Origin: Raillietiella orientalis
Taxonomy: Eukaryota
DNA length: 64,000 nucleotides
Assembly: GCA_036172245.1 (NCBI GenBank)
Contig: JAYWIR010000015.1
Span: forward strand, 1-64,000
Direction of reading: 5' to 3'
Position 1 is the first letter of the stretch; each line of letters opens with the position of its first letter. The notes under the pieces are model-generated. The model was not told where the DNA came from, did not search any database, and saw only the letters and a program-made list of their open reading frames with translations. Positions 50,550 through 63,600 of this stretch are shown here, one piece after another. The position numbers and the translations under genes are program-made.

Positions 50550-51519
50550 CTTTTTCCATAAGAAAGGCCTCCTTTTTCCTGCGCGCGTTGCGCGCGAGCT
50601 GGTGATGACAGACTCCACCGCATAGTAGTTCGACGGTAGGATCTTCTCTCCCTGATGCCAGTTAGTGGCAGTGAACATTGCAAGCTGTCCTGTGAAGAAA
50701 CTCTTCTAGCGTAGACGCCGCTGAACATTGAGGGGCGCGAGAGTGTCCTCTCAGAAAAGGACCAATTTTTGTACTCCAGCTGAGTTCGACGGGACTCCAC
50801 TTCATTTGAACGTAGTACAAGGACAATTCGCCACCGCTCTCGCTCTGTGGAAAGCACAAACCATGCAGAAGGTTTCAAATACTCCCACAGCAATTTATCG
50901 CCGTGCGATTGATGGTTACGAATGGACGAGCAATTCTAACACAAGTGTCATTGGATCAGACAACAGTCCTGTGTTTCTAAAGGCAGACACATGTCGGCGG
51001 TTAATGCGGCCAAGAGGGACACTATATGATGAGGTATTCCTCGGTCGATTACCGCTACTGCCACGAGCATGTGCATGCAAAAGAAATGCTCTTCAAACTC
51101 TTAGCAAAAAAGGGCAAAGAAAAAAATGAAATCTGCAAAGTCTAATAAAAGGAACTCCATACTTTCAACCATGAAAACGCGAATATTTTCCAGAAAGTCA
51201 GCAAAACCCTAAAGACTCATGTCAGGCCCATGCGGAAGGCTTATAATTCTAAATCGGAGAAATGCAAAAAGTCGAAGACGCGTGTTTCCGCAGCACCCTA
51301 TACAACCAGAAACAACGACGCGACCCAGGGGTTTTCCGACGCTTGCTCGAGGGAAAAAACCTCCAAGGTCGTCGTGAAGACGAAAATGCCTCCCGCGAAA
51401 GCCTCCGGGAAAGGGGGACACGCAAAAGTCCGTCAATTTCAGTAATGGTGCACGCACGGTCGAAGAAAAAAACCTGACGCACACCCACCCGTGGTGGCTC
51501 ACACACCAATTTTCACCCG
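50550..51519 (-). mobile_element. Decayed 5' leader and ORF1 relic of a LINE
   Basis: RPSMFSGVYARRVS resembles KPN..GAFSGRVGARVT of ORF1. The leader starts with CGGGTGA, as at 1145. Confidence 0.4.
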
Positions 51520-53352
51520 TATTTCTTTGGGTCGTTTATTTAAAAGTAAACATTAAAAAAGATGTCAGTGGCTCCAGCAATGCTCCAGCCATGCGCGAAG
51601 TAACACGGAACCTGGTTGGTCACCTGTTTGCAGAGCGGTGCGGTCCACTAAGGAAGCAGGGGGAACGAGGTGAAACAAAAAACTAAACAAAAAAAAAAAG
51701 AGTGGGAGGGTACGGGAAGGGATCACTGTTATTGCTGGGACCGTATGCTCCTTCTCAGGATGCTGGCAAGCTTCTCTTGTATTCGCGGATCAAGGTGGAA
51801 ACATCGCGACGCACTCCTATGGAATTATGCGGCAGCCTGGATGGCATTATTATCGCGTGGTTCTCGCGTAGCCGTGCTCCATGCGGCGCCTATTCCTCAA
51901 AAGCAGCACAAGGCTGCTATCAAGATCGTTGGCCGAAGGGCTTCGGCAGCAAAAAGCGCTAACAATGCGTCCCTGAGGTTACAGCAGGGGATACCGATGG
52001 CCGCGGCTAAACGGAACCAAAGGGGCCGAACGGCAACACAATCCACAAGGAGGTGGATGAAAGCCTCTAGTTCCCAACACGTAACACAATTGGGATCGAC
52101 CGCTCCCAGGTCCACTGGTGTCGAAGGGAGTGGCTGGGGAGTCCCCAATGCTACAAGAGTGGAGCTGACTCCTGCCATTTTAAGGGGAGGCTGTAAGTGT
52201 GCATGAGCACCAGCGGCCACTACAGATGTTCAATCCCAACATCGATCAGTGCACTCCAGCGCAGAAGTCAATTCGGAGCGGTAACGGATCCAGTCCTCCT
52301 TCCCTGCCCACGCCGCACCAACTGGCATCACGGACGACTTCGCTCTGTTCACCGTAAGTCCGGTTCCCCGATTCAGCAGGTCAAAGAACTTCTCCATCGC
52401 GGAAGCCAGGGTAGACATAGAGTGCAGCAGCAGAAGGTCGTCCACCAACGCTGAAACCGCAGGCGTACCGGCGCAGTCGTGCTGCAGGTGAGCCAGAGAT
52501 TCCCTCTACGCTTTCAGTATCAACTCAAAGTAGGTACTGAAGAGTAAGGGGCTCAGCCTGTCTCCCTGCCGTATTAAACGCCTAACCGGTACGCCGTGCA
52601 CGGTCTGCCAGCAGAAAGCTAGACTAATTAACGCGTCGCGCCAGCAGAAGCGCAATAATGAGACTAATAATGAGGCCGGGAAGCCCCGCGTTCCAAAAGC
52701 TCCAGCAGGAGATTCTCGTCGACGCTGTCGAATGCCTTACGCAGGTCGACAGCGACCGCAAGGCCTCCCTTCTTCACCCGACTACCGGACCCATGACTGA
52801 CGGACTCATCGGAATTCCGGCTGCGCATCAAGCCCCTTCCATGTTGGAGCTCTAGCCAGGTGAAAAAGTGGAACAGGTTTGCCTCCATGCTTCGCCGGGA
52901 ACAGCATATGTCTGATCCGGGCAGATGAAGGCGTTTGCAACCCCTCCCAAGCGCTCAGCGCAAACCTTAGCTAACACCTTGGCATCCGCATTCACTATTG
53001 TGATGGGACGCCAGTTGTTCATGCTCCTCAGATCTCCTCCCTTAGGGAGGAGCCGCACCTTTGCTGAACGAAACGAGATGGGAACGTCAGCTGTCTCGCG
53101 TATCAGCACGGTGATTTGATGTAACAGAGGTGTGAGCTCAGCCGCGAAAGTTTAATAAAACTCCGCAGGCAGGCCGTCCTCTCCTGGAGCCTTCCGCCTC
53201 TAGAGCTTTCCGATAGCTGAGATGATCTCGCTCATCGTGAGAGGCTCGTCGAGGTTTTTTTTCTCCTACTCTCCGATCGCTGGAGCACCTTCCGGAAGCA
53301 GGAGTCGTGAGACATCCTGCTCCGGAGCCGCCCTGGCGTACAGGGAGCGTGC
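51520..53352 (-). mobile_element. 5'-truncated, internally deleted L1/Tx1-type LINE
   Basis: KAPGEDGLPAEFY, NNWRPITIVNADAK, DLRKAFDSV, RQGD.LSP, VDDLLL and CVTCWELEAFIHLLVDC; 3' AATAAA. Confidence 0.85.
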
Positions 53353-56045
53353 AGACGTGTTTTTTCTGCGCTCCTGCCGCGCTAGTTTTCGAAGACTTTC
53401 TTCTATTGTGTTAGTGCGTGGTGCATCGCCGGTGTCCCATGGCAGGAATGCCTGAGGACACCGCGATGGAAGTTGGTGGGAGAGAGGATGGTTTCTCTAT
53501 CCAACCCACAGATGTGGGGACGACCAACCCTATGGAGGAGAGGGCGACCGCCCCCTTTGAAAAAGGGGGCGACCGCCGCCTTGGAAAAGGGGGCAACCGC
53601 GACTTCGGATCTGTTTGCTCCATCCACGAGGACCTGGAGCTCCGTGGCTGCAGCGCCATCTCCTGCAGCCTTAGCAGAACAGCGCGCCTACCTTGAACAA
53701 GGATACAAGCCGTCCTTGATTTACAAGGTAGGAAATCTGTTTGTGGGAAACACCGCTCGTAATTTTGAAAGAGAGTTACAGCGATTGGATGTAAAAGAGG
53801 AAGACCTGGAAGGTCTGTCCGTGATGAGTGGAAGGCAGCGGGTGCAGCTGACTTGCAAAAATGCAAGTATGGCTCAACGCCTGCTGAACACTCCCATCAC
53901 TCTGGAAGGCCGGAAGGTCTTCCTTGTAACGGAAGACCGCTTCATTGTTGCCCACCTTACCTGTGTAACTCTTCGCATGACAAAAGCTGGCGTGCAGGAA
54001 GAGTTGCAAAAACGTGGTACGGTGCACGCGCTCTGGACAAGCCCAACGTCTTCCAAACATACAAAAGACTGTTCAGGGGCATGGCTAAAGCGCGTGTGAC
54101 GGTTAACGAAAATGGTAGACTGCCCCACAAACTCGACGTCGGCAACGAGCTCGTCGACGTCTGGTACGTGGGCAAGCCCAAGTACTGTGGGCACTGTGAT
54201 GCAACAGGGCACCTGAAAAAACGGTGCCCCCACATCCAGTGCTTCCACTGCGGCGAAAAGGGCCACCTGCGGAAGGTGTGTCCTAAACGCGAAACCCCGG
54301 CTCCCCTTGCTTTGAAAAACCCAAAGGGAAATGCGCGGGGCGATTGGACAAGCCTAAGGAGGCACCTGAGAGGTGGAACCCACAGCCAGAGCCCCAACCC
54401 GTGCAGCAAGCACCGGTCGAGGATACTCACGACAACGCTTGAGAGAGAGAGGGCTGGCATAGGACGAAGCCTAAAAGTATAAAATTAAAGAAAACCGAAG
54501 AACCGACAGCGGAACCCGCGACATCTTCCTTAAATAGGAGACAACGCCGCGCGTTGCTCCTCGAATGTTCGGTCACTTTGGAGCGTGTGGAGGTCCGCGA
54601 GACCGCCACCGGGGGAGATATCCCCCGCCTCGTTGACGACGTAGTCGCGACCGCGGAAGGCGAGCCCTCTGTGCTAACAGAGGGGGAGCTGAGCGACTCG
54701 CTCGCCGCAATCGAGGACGCCCCCTTCCAGCAGGCGGCGAAAGAGCTCGCGGCCGAACTCGCGCAGCGTGAGAACGGCGCGCGAAAGGCCTTGCGAAGGC
54801 CGGCCGCGAGCAAGGCACCTACAAGAGGTGACCACGACCCGGATGCAGGAAGTGCGTCCTCCTCCGCGGAGGCGCCACTGAAGAAGACTGGACGGAAGTC
54901 CAAGAACCCCAAGAGCCGCATCCCGAAAAACAAGGAGGGGGACGCACCGGCATCCGAGGGGGAAGCCGGCAGCGTGGGAACGGAGGGAGGGATTTTCCCA
55001 CTTTCCGCTTCCGAGCAACTGGAGACTCCCATGGTGGAGGGGGATAAGGTAAGCGATTTCCGCCCCCTCCCAACGGTGGAACCTGCTCTGGAGATAGCCA
55101 TGGAGGAGGGGGAGCAGACAGCTGACAAACGCTCCTCCCTGCCTTCCAGCGCAACCGACGAATCGGCCCCCATGAAGGAGGAAGAACACTTGCGTGAAAC
55201 CCGCCCCCTTCAACCGTTGAAGTCCGCCGAGGAATCGGCCCCTATGGAGGAGGGAGAACAAGTGAACGGTGATCCCATTTCTCCATCCGTACAGCCCGAC
55301 CAAGTGGCGGGCGCCCCAACATCTGGGCTCGCCTGTCGCCAAAGATTACGCGTGGCCTGCTGGAACGTGAATGGGCTGCGCGACGACGGCAACAGACGGG
55401 ACACGGCCGCCACCCTGCGTGACTTCGACCCCGCGCGAGCCGCGGAGGAGCTGGCAGCCTTGTTGCAGCCAGAACCCTCCAAGGTTGGCAAGAAGGCCGT
55501 AAGGCGTCCGGCCTTTCCTCAGGAATCCCACACTTCCGACCCCGAGGTGGAGGCCAGAAGCGCAGCTTCCGTTTCCATGGCACCCTGCAAGAAGACTCGA
55601 CGTAAGTCCACAAAGAAGAGGAGGCTCGTCTTCACCGTCGAGGGGGAAGAGAAGGCTTCTGAAAGCGAGGGTGCCATGAGCGTGGGAAACTCGCGGGACT
55701 CGTCGCCCGAAAGACTCCCACGCACGGACATGGAGGGGATGGAGGGGGTGCAGGTCGAACAGGTGCCTCAGGTGCCTGAGAAGGCCGAACCCCCATGGAC
55801 ATCCCGCCTGTCTCGCAAGAGGTAGTCTTCCCCACACCTTGATCTTCCCAGCAGTAATACCGGGAATTTCCTCCCGCCGTCGTCTGCGCATCGCCGTTTG
55901 GAACGTGAACGGCATGACAGACGCGGACAAGAGAAGAAACATAGCCGCCCTTCTGGAGTCCTACGACCTTTCGCTGCTGCAGGATTTCCACGTGATCTCT
56001 TCAGAACAAGCGCAAGAGATTTCTCTCCCGGTCACGCCGGGGCGT
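53353..56045 (+). mobile_element. L1/Tx1-type LINE 5' part: frameshifted ORF1 with a duplicated ORF1-end/EN-start module
   Basis: ORF1 knuckles CGHCDATGHLKKRC and CFHCGEKGHLRKVC. The EN start WNVNG occurs twice (about 55360 and 55900). Truncated by the opposite-strand element. Confidence 0.85.
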
Positions 56046-59000
56046 TTATTCCATATAACATAACCAAAAAAAAGCAATTATACAAAATAAACCAGTTGCG
56101 AACCAAACTTTCAACCGACGACTGAACAAGAATGAAGAGAATATTGCTGGCACGCAGGCCAGAGTAACAGTTTTGTGGACGGTGTGGGGGGGCGGGGAAC
56201 ACAAAGAAACCAAAATAAAATACAAACAATGAATAAGGAGGACGCGATAAGGGTCTTTGGGATCGCTCTCGAAGACACGGGGATAAAAGCATGGGCATTG
56301 GAAATTTTACCGAGCGAACGGGGACGGGGTATGGGTGGGCGAGAGGTCGCAGGGGTCACAGGATTACGCCGTTCTCAAAGGTGTGTAAACCGGCGATGTA
56401 TGCCGGTGATGTCCTCTATCACCTGGTCACGAAGATGAGACCACCTTGAAGCCTTCTCCATGAATTGAGCTGCAAGCAGGTGAGCCTCCCTTGGCTAAGC
56501 TGACAGCTCCAGGGCGTAGCAAGCCTTCACGATGGCGCGAACGCAACACATGGTTGCGACAATCGCGCCAACCGAAAGTCCATTTCTGCTGAAGAAGCGC
56601 CGCAGCACATCAATGGCAGTGCCTCCTTGTGGCATGATGGCCGAGATGAGCCTTCTCCACAGTTCCCTAAGGTCACCGCAGTCCAGCAAAAGGTGCGGAA
56701 AAGACTCGATCTCTCCGCACCTTAAACAGTTTGGCAAAGCAGCTCCCCCGAAAACGATGCTTCGCTGCCTATTACAGTGTAATGCACAATGTAAAAAGAG
56801 CAGCACATCTTGTTTTCACTTAAGGGGGAATACGGAGCTGTCCAAACAAACGGGGGTAACCACTATCTCTCCGGGGGGCACACTTAAATGTTCGCTCCAC
56901 CGAAGCAGTCCCTTCGCCCGATTACGAGGTGTGGCGGCTTGCACCAGCTCCTTTGTCGTCCAGCTGCCGAGGAGCTTACTGACTTCCGCTATTTTGCAGG
57001 AGAACTCCCATTCCGCCGGTAGGAAACCGTCGTTGCTTGCCCTGAGGGCAGACAGCGCTGCGGCGAGTGGTATGGCGGCCAGACGATCCGACAACTTTTT
57101 GTCCTGCATGACTTCGTCCATTTGATGACTGAGGAGAAGTCGCAGGCGTCGAAGATCCTGCAAGCGCCTTCCTTCGGAAGCTGCCCACGATGAAAAAGAT
57201 TCCTGTCGCCATGCATAAATGTTCATGGGGCGGCAGGAGATCCAGCTTTGGGCTTCCAGCAGTGAGGACAGCTGCCTCAGCGGGAAGTCAAACCCTATTC
57301 TGGTGTGCCGAAAGTGGGGTAGCAACGAAAGCAGTCCCTCGCTTCCCGTGCAGCGCCTCAGTATAAGGCGTGCGGGAAAGCACTACGGCGTACATCACAG
57401 CTTAATACAGAGCCGCAGCATGCGAAACTGCACCTGCTGTTTGATGCTGTTTAAGTCGAGGATGCCCAAGCCTGCATCCTGACGCAGCGCCACCAAGTCT
57501 TAAAGTCTAACACGGTATCTTGCAGCGCCCCACAACGCTTTGCGTAGAAGGCGCTGCGCCCTGAATTTGACTTCCTGGGAGGGTGGACAAACAAAAAACA
57601 GGAAGTGGAGGAGGGGGCAACGAAGGTGTTCCAGATGCAGGCCCGTTACGGCAAGACGAAGTCGCCTCCTGAAAAAGGGCCAAGTGCACGCTCTGCCTTC
57701 CGAAGGCAGTCCGACCACGCTTCTGAGATGCAGAAGTCGCCCAACGGCACGCCAAGGTACCTGAGGTACCTGCCCGTGGGGATCCCCAGGTCGATCCAGT
57801 CGGACTGCCCCTCCCACATCGCACCCAGCGGAACAACCATACACTTACTTCTGTTAACGATCACGCCCGCACCGCGACGAATCTACTCAAAGAAGTCTTC
57901 AAGCGATGTCGCCGAAGTGGACATGGGCAACAGGAAAAGCAGGTCGTCGGCATAGGTTGCCACGGCCGGCGTACCTGGACAGGAGCTCGGCAGGTTGACT
58001 AGCGCCAGCCTGTAAGCCTCCAGCATCAATTCAAAATAGATACTGAAGAGCAGCGGGCTTAAGCTGTCACCCTGCCTAATTCCTCGTCGTACCGGCACGC
58101 CGTACACGCGACAGCCACTGAAAACAATGGATGTAATCGCGTGGCGCCAGCAGGAGCGCAAGTACGCCAACAGGGATGCCGGAAGACCCAGACGTTCCAA
58201 AAGCTCAAGAAGAAGCTTTTAGTACACGCAATCGAAAGCTTTGTGCAGATCGACTGCAACCGCCAAGGCTCCCGGTGTCTCCCTTTGCGTCCCGTGCCTC
58301 CGTCGGTGAGAGATCGAAGGCGTTGCATCCGCACGACGATCCACAGCCACACGATGCTGCAATTGCAGCTATGTGCGGATGAACAAGAGATTAGCGTCCA
58401 TGGACCGCCCAGGAACAGCGTACGTCTGCTCCGGACTTACCAAGGATTCCGCGATCCTACCCATCCGCGCCCCCCAAAGTTTAGAGAACAACTTGACGTC
58501 CGAATTCACTAATGTGATCGGACGCCAGTTGTTCAGTTGGCGCAAATCTCCGCCTTTCGGCAGTAGACGCACCTTCGCTGAGCGAAACCAGGCGGGGACA
58601 TCGCCCGAGTCTCGCATCAGCGACGAGAGTTGGCGCACCAGGGGGATGAGCTCCGCCGCAAAACTATCAAAGAATTCCGCGGGGTGCCCATCTTCGCCTG
58701 GCGCTTTTCGTCTCCTAAGCCCCGAGATAGCCGAGGAAATTTCCTCTGCCGTGAAGGGCTCATCAAGACGCGAGCGTTCCTCCTGGTCTACAACAGGTGC
58801 ATCAATCGGCGGAAGCAGCCGGAAGAGGCTGCTTTCCGTCGGTGCCTCTGCATACAGAGAAGTGTAATAGCGCCTGACTATCCGTCGCACGTCGGCTGGA
58901 GCCGAGCATTCCCGGTCCTGGTCGTCGAGCAGAACTGTCGCCCCTTACTGCCAGACGTGGCGCTCGGCCTTGGCCTTGTACTCGGAAAATCGACCAACGT

Positions 59001-60640
59001 CCGCGCGTATAGAAAAGGAGTGGGCCAGCAGGAAATCTCTGCTGTTGGCTACGCACTCTCCGAAGCTGCGCGGAAGCTGGTGAAATTGAAACCGGCAGCA
59101 GAACTCGCGGACCGATCTTTTCAGATCGTTCCAGTCCTCGAGCTCACTCATGGCAAAGTCGAGGAGGTACTGGCGAAGATGCTCAGCCGCCTTCGAGTGG
59201 CTTAGCCAGTCTGCCGGCATCCTCCAAAAACAGTTTGGAGGCCCCTTGCCTGGCGGGAGCAACTCGAACTCGAGCCTCTTGTGGTCTGAAAGCACGGACG
59301 GCACGGGACCTCTCCGAACCACTCGACAGAGCAAGTGTTCATCAAGGTATACGTCGTCCGGCGTTGCTGCCATAACAGGGTCGCTAGCGAACAAGTTGCA
59401 CGCGTACACGAACGCGCACATCTCTTCCGCTAGCAACTTTTCCCTTTTGAGGGATCTATTCTCGGAAAGCAGGTGGACGTTAAAGTCACCCGGAATGAGA
59501 TGGGCCACAGTAGGGTGAGATCGAGGGAGCCACTGGCTTTGAAGGGTACCGAAGAACTCAATCTTTTCGGCCGATCCTCCAGCACCGCTCGGCGCGTACA
59601 CGTTGGTTACGACAAGCTCGATCGAGTCGGACCACTTGAGTACAAGCTATTCCACTCGGCCTTCCGTGTCGAAATGAACGCTGCGCACCGCTCCCGCTAA
59701 AGTTCCTCGCACGAGGAAAGCGACGCTGCACGTACGTGCAACTCCGCACCTATAAAGTAGCATTCCGCCCGCGCGCCGTTCGATTTCGGCAGCCTGCTCT
59801 CCGGAGATGCTGTGAATCTCCTACAGGAGCGTCAAGTCGAAGGCGCGCAGAGCGTCAGCCACTAGTAGCCTCTTCTCCTCGTGTTGGAGCCCTTTGACGT
59901 TCCAAGACGTTAAGGCAACACGACGGGAAGACGCGATTGCCCTCATCACGGCTGGGAAAGCGAGACCGTGGTGCTCGCCTCACCCGGCGAGCGGGCAGTA
60001 AGCAGCACGACGGGCTGGAGGGCGCGGTCGCCACCGGCCTCAACTGTGCTGCACATAATCGGGTGCTCCCTCCCGGGTGCAGAACCTGTGGGTTCCGGGG
60101 TGAGCACTCGCCGTTCCGCGTCGAGTGTGTCACGCCTCAGGGCTTCAGCCCTTCGGGCGCTCGCTCCCGCGCGAGCAACGCGTCGTTCAGCGGCGCTATC
60201 GGACTCCTTTGCGGAATCTGATGCTCTCACGAACGACGTGCGCTTGCATCTGTTCGATTGAACCGGAATGGACTTCTCGGCGGTCACAAAAGCGGACTGG
60301 CACGCGTTGAAGGCGCTGGCTTTTTCCTTGGAAGAGGAACAAGCCGCGCGTGTTTTCGTATTCGCTCGACTGCTTTTTCCTTTGGAAGAGCTCAGGGATG
60401 GATGTTGAGGAGCTTTTTTTGGAGATTTTTCTTTCCTCTTCTCCACAACCTTTCAATCGCCTTTGGGATTTGCAGAGGCTTCCGCGACAGTAGTTGCGGA
60501 AACCTCCGGGATTTACGCTGCGTTCTCTCGGAGCGCTGCTTTCGCTACGCCTTTAAAAGGCGGCAACGGAGGCACCTTCCTGACAGTCGGGAGATTGCTC
60601 CTCTCCTGCTTCGCTGCTCAAAGTATTGTGCGCTCGACAA
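56041..60640 (-). mobile_element. Near-complete L1/Tx1-type LINE (ORF1 3' part, full ORF2 pseudogene, 3' UTR)
   Basis: EN motifs SWNVKG, NVYAP, GDFN and SDH; RT motifs NWRPITL, RGIRQGDSLSP, YADD and RYLG; CLRCGEIESFPHLLLDC; several frameshifts and stops. Confidence 0.9.
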
Positions 60641-60644
60641 CATA

Positions 60645-63600
60645 ATCAGTTAATTGTGCTCGTGTGTGCCCGGAGAGGGGAAGTTTTCCAGACGAAACTA
60701 CAAAAGAAGCGGCGAGGAGATCGCGGCAAAAGACCTGCAGTGGTCCCGTGCAGAAAGACCAGCTGCCAGGATGCAGGCACCTAGAGCAGGAGAGGAGAGT
60801 TCGTCGTCCACCATGGAAGCCATGGAGGCAACGTGGGGCAACGGCGAGGGGGTGGCAGGCATACCGAGGATCGCGCCCGCGGCGGGCTTTGCTGCGCCGG
60901 CGGCGGCGATGCCAAGGGTCGTACCCGCAGCGACGACGGCGGAGGTCGTGCCCGCGGCGGCGACGCCGAGGATCGTGCCCAAGGCGGGGAAGGTCGCGCC
61001 TGCGGCGGCGATGCCGAGGGTGCCGCCCGCGGCGGCAACGGTGGCGACGTCGAGGGTTGCGCTCGCGGCGGCGGCGTCCCAGGCAGGACCCGCGGACGTA
61101 CAAGCGGTTCAGGGCGAGACGCCATCTTGTTCGGCTGCGGCGGCGCAGCCCTTTTCCTATGCGTCGATGGCGGCTGGACAAGCGAGTGTCCACCCACCAA
61201 GAAAATTCGGGAAGCCGCTATGCGGTAAAGTCCAAAAGGTGGATCGGCCGATCGTGGAGTTAGGGCCGAATGTGAAGTCCATCATTTTCAAGACTGAACT
61301 GATCAAGTTCAGTAATATCAGGGAGGTGTATCTGTCCCTCGATAAAACAAACATGAATTTTGATCGCATACAGGCGATCATACCAGCAAACAACGGGTTC
61401 ACAGTCTTCACAGACTGTGAAACGATTAGAGAGCGATTGATCCAGAAGGGGATCAATATACAAGGGAGGATGGTTTGTGGTGTTGGCGAGATGCCATACA
61501 CAACCGTGTTTCTGAACGGCATCTCCATCCTCACAGCGCAACGGTGTGGAAGTTTTTGGAGCAGTATGGGGAAGTTCTGGTCCTTGAATTAAAGAACTTC
61601 TCTGGAAATATATTTTCTGGCGACATGATCGCCAAAATGAAGTTGAAAGAGGGAGCTGTGATCCCTGGATTAGCCGTTCTTGACGAACAATCCCAGGGAG
61701 TGAACGCGCGTTGCCGGCAACAGCCGATATTCTGCACCGGGAGCAAGCAGTTCGACCACAGGGCCGGCGCTTGCCCAACGTGTCGTTGTTTCCGCTGCGG
61801 CAAAGTAGGACATCAAGTCCGAAACTGCCCGCAGCCGGAGGTGTGCTCCTTCTGCAAGAAACACGGATATGCCAAATGGAGCTGTCCGGAGTTTCCAAAA
61901 TGCAGAAGGATTCGAGGTCTCTCTCCCGTGAGAGAGAGAAACACCAAGGAGGCGGAACAGCCTCAGAAGGAAGGAAGGCCGAAGAAGGTGAAAGAAGCCG
62001 TCCCGTAATCGGAAGACGGCTTCATACAGGTAGGAATGAAAGGAAAGAGGAGGATGCTCGTCAAGGAGCAAGAAACCCTTCTTACCCTACAAGGTGAAGA
62101 GCAAGAAGGCCAGAAGATGGAGGTAGCGCAGGAAGGCGCGGAAGAAGAAATAGCCGAAGCCACTCCGGTGTCGCAGGAGGGCCTGCAATCTACGGAGCAG
62201 TTCGCATCTCTGGCTAATGGAGTCCTAGAGGTGCAGAGCGGTCCCCAGCAAGAGAAAATCTTGCAGAAGATCTGCAATGCACAGGAGAAGGTCAACCAGG
62301 TTGTGAAGGTCACCGGGCGCGAAAAGCTAGAGGAAGAGCTTCTCGACGTAAAGGCAAACTTCTGCGCCAAGGTTCAGCTAGAGACGCTATCTCAAAAACC
62401 GATCGCGCGGGCCGAACACTCGACGGAGGAAGCGGAAGTTATCGACCTCACTGGAACAGAGAGTGACGCCGGCAGCGAGAAGCCCGCTGCTTCTTCATTG
62501 TCTGGAAGAGCACGCTCTCTCAGACAGAAGAAGCTCAGGAAGGCCAAAAAATAGGTCTTCCCCTTTTATGGCCTCTTCCCTATGGACCGCCAGGAGGCTG
62601 AACATCGCCTCCTGGAATGTAAACGGTATGGTCGACTAAAGAAAAAGAAAAAGGATTGTGCGGAACATCGCACAACATGACATAGTGAGCCTGCAGGAGA
62701 CCCACAAGATGGGTTTCGAGATTAGTGAGCAAATGGAACGGCGATCCAACGGGAAGATTTTCGTCAGCAACGGAGAACGGAACACGCAGGGTGTGGCAGT
62801 CCTAATCAAGAACCAATTGGCCCCCACTATTCTGGAAGTGTTCTGTTTCCAACCCGGACGAATCATCGGCGTGCGACTGGCCTGGTCCGCTACTGTTCAC
62901 CTCATCCTCGTGAACTTGTACGGGCCGCACAGGCTAAAACATCGTTGTGCGGAGGCGCTGCATGCAGCACTCCGTGAAAAGGTTGCTCCAAAGGACGTCG
63001 TGATTGTTGCTGGCGATCTCAACATATTGGATGAGATCACTCACTCCGAAGACGCCAGAGGAAGGACGGCGTATCGGCGGTTATCCGACGAGATCGGACT
63101 GGTGTGGCGAACTGCAAGTCACAAGCCGATCGATCACGTCCTGCACAGCACCGAACTTGGGAATCGCATCCAGGGTTTTCGAGACATTATGACCACGGAG
63201 TCCGATCACTCCCTGGTGCGGTTTTCCCTAAGAACGGAGAATCCTCGGCGAAGGCAAGGCATCAGGGCGGCGCTGATCAGCATGCTCGCCTGTTTGGAAA
63301 CCCATCCCGGACATCAGGCTGCCCTGGAGACGATTCTGAAGGCAACAACAATCCGAAGAGTCGCCGACTGGGACAGCCTGAAATACAGGATACACCAGTT
63401 TGGAAACATGCAGTTCGGAGATGGGCGCTTGAGGCAGGAGGCGTACCGGGAGCTGAACATCAAAGATCGCTCACTCTAAAAGTACTTCGATCAGTACGAG
63501 AGTCGGTACGTCTTCAAGAACATAAAAAAGGAAGTCGGCGTGCTGGAGAAGAGAAATCTGGCAACAGATATCTTCTGCATCCAGTACGACGTTCAAAAGC

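Noticed and set aside
60860..61080. CRISPR-like array
   Set aside because: Degenerate coding repeats without unique spacers, in a eukaryotic context with no cas genes.
54427..61263. Long antisense or alternate-frame ORFs (e.g. 54427-55173, 54674-55342, 60618-61193)
   Set aside because: Shadows of GC-rich, low-complexity retrotransposon ORF1 with no independent motifs.
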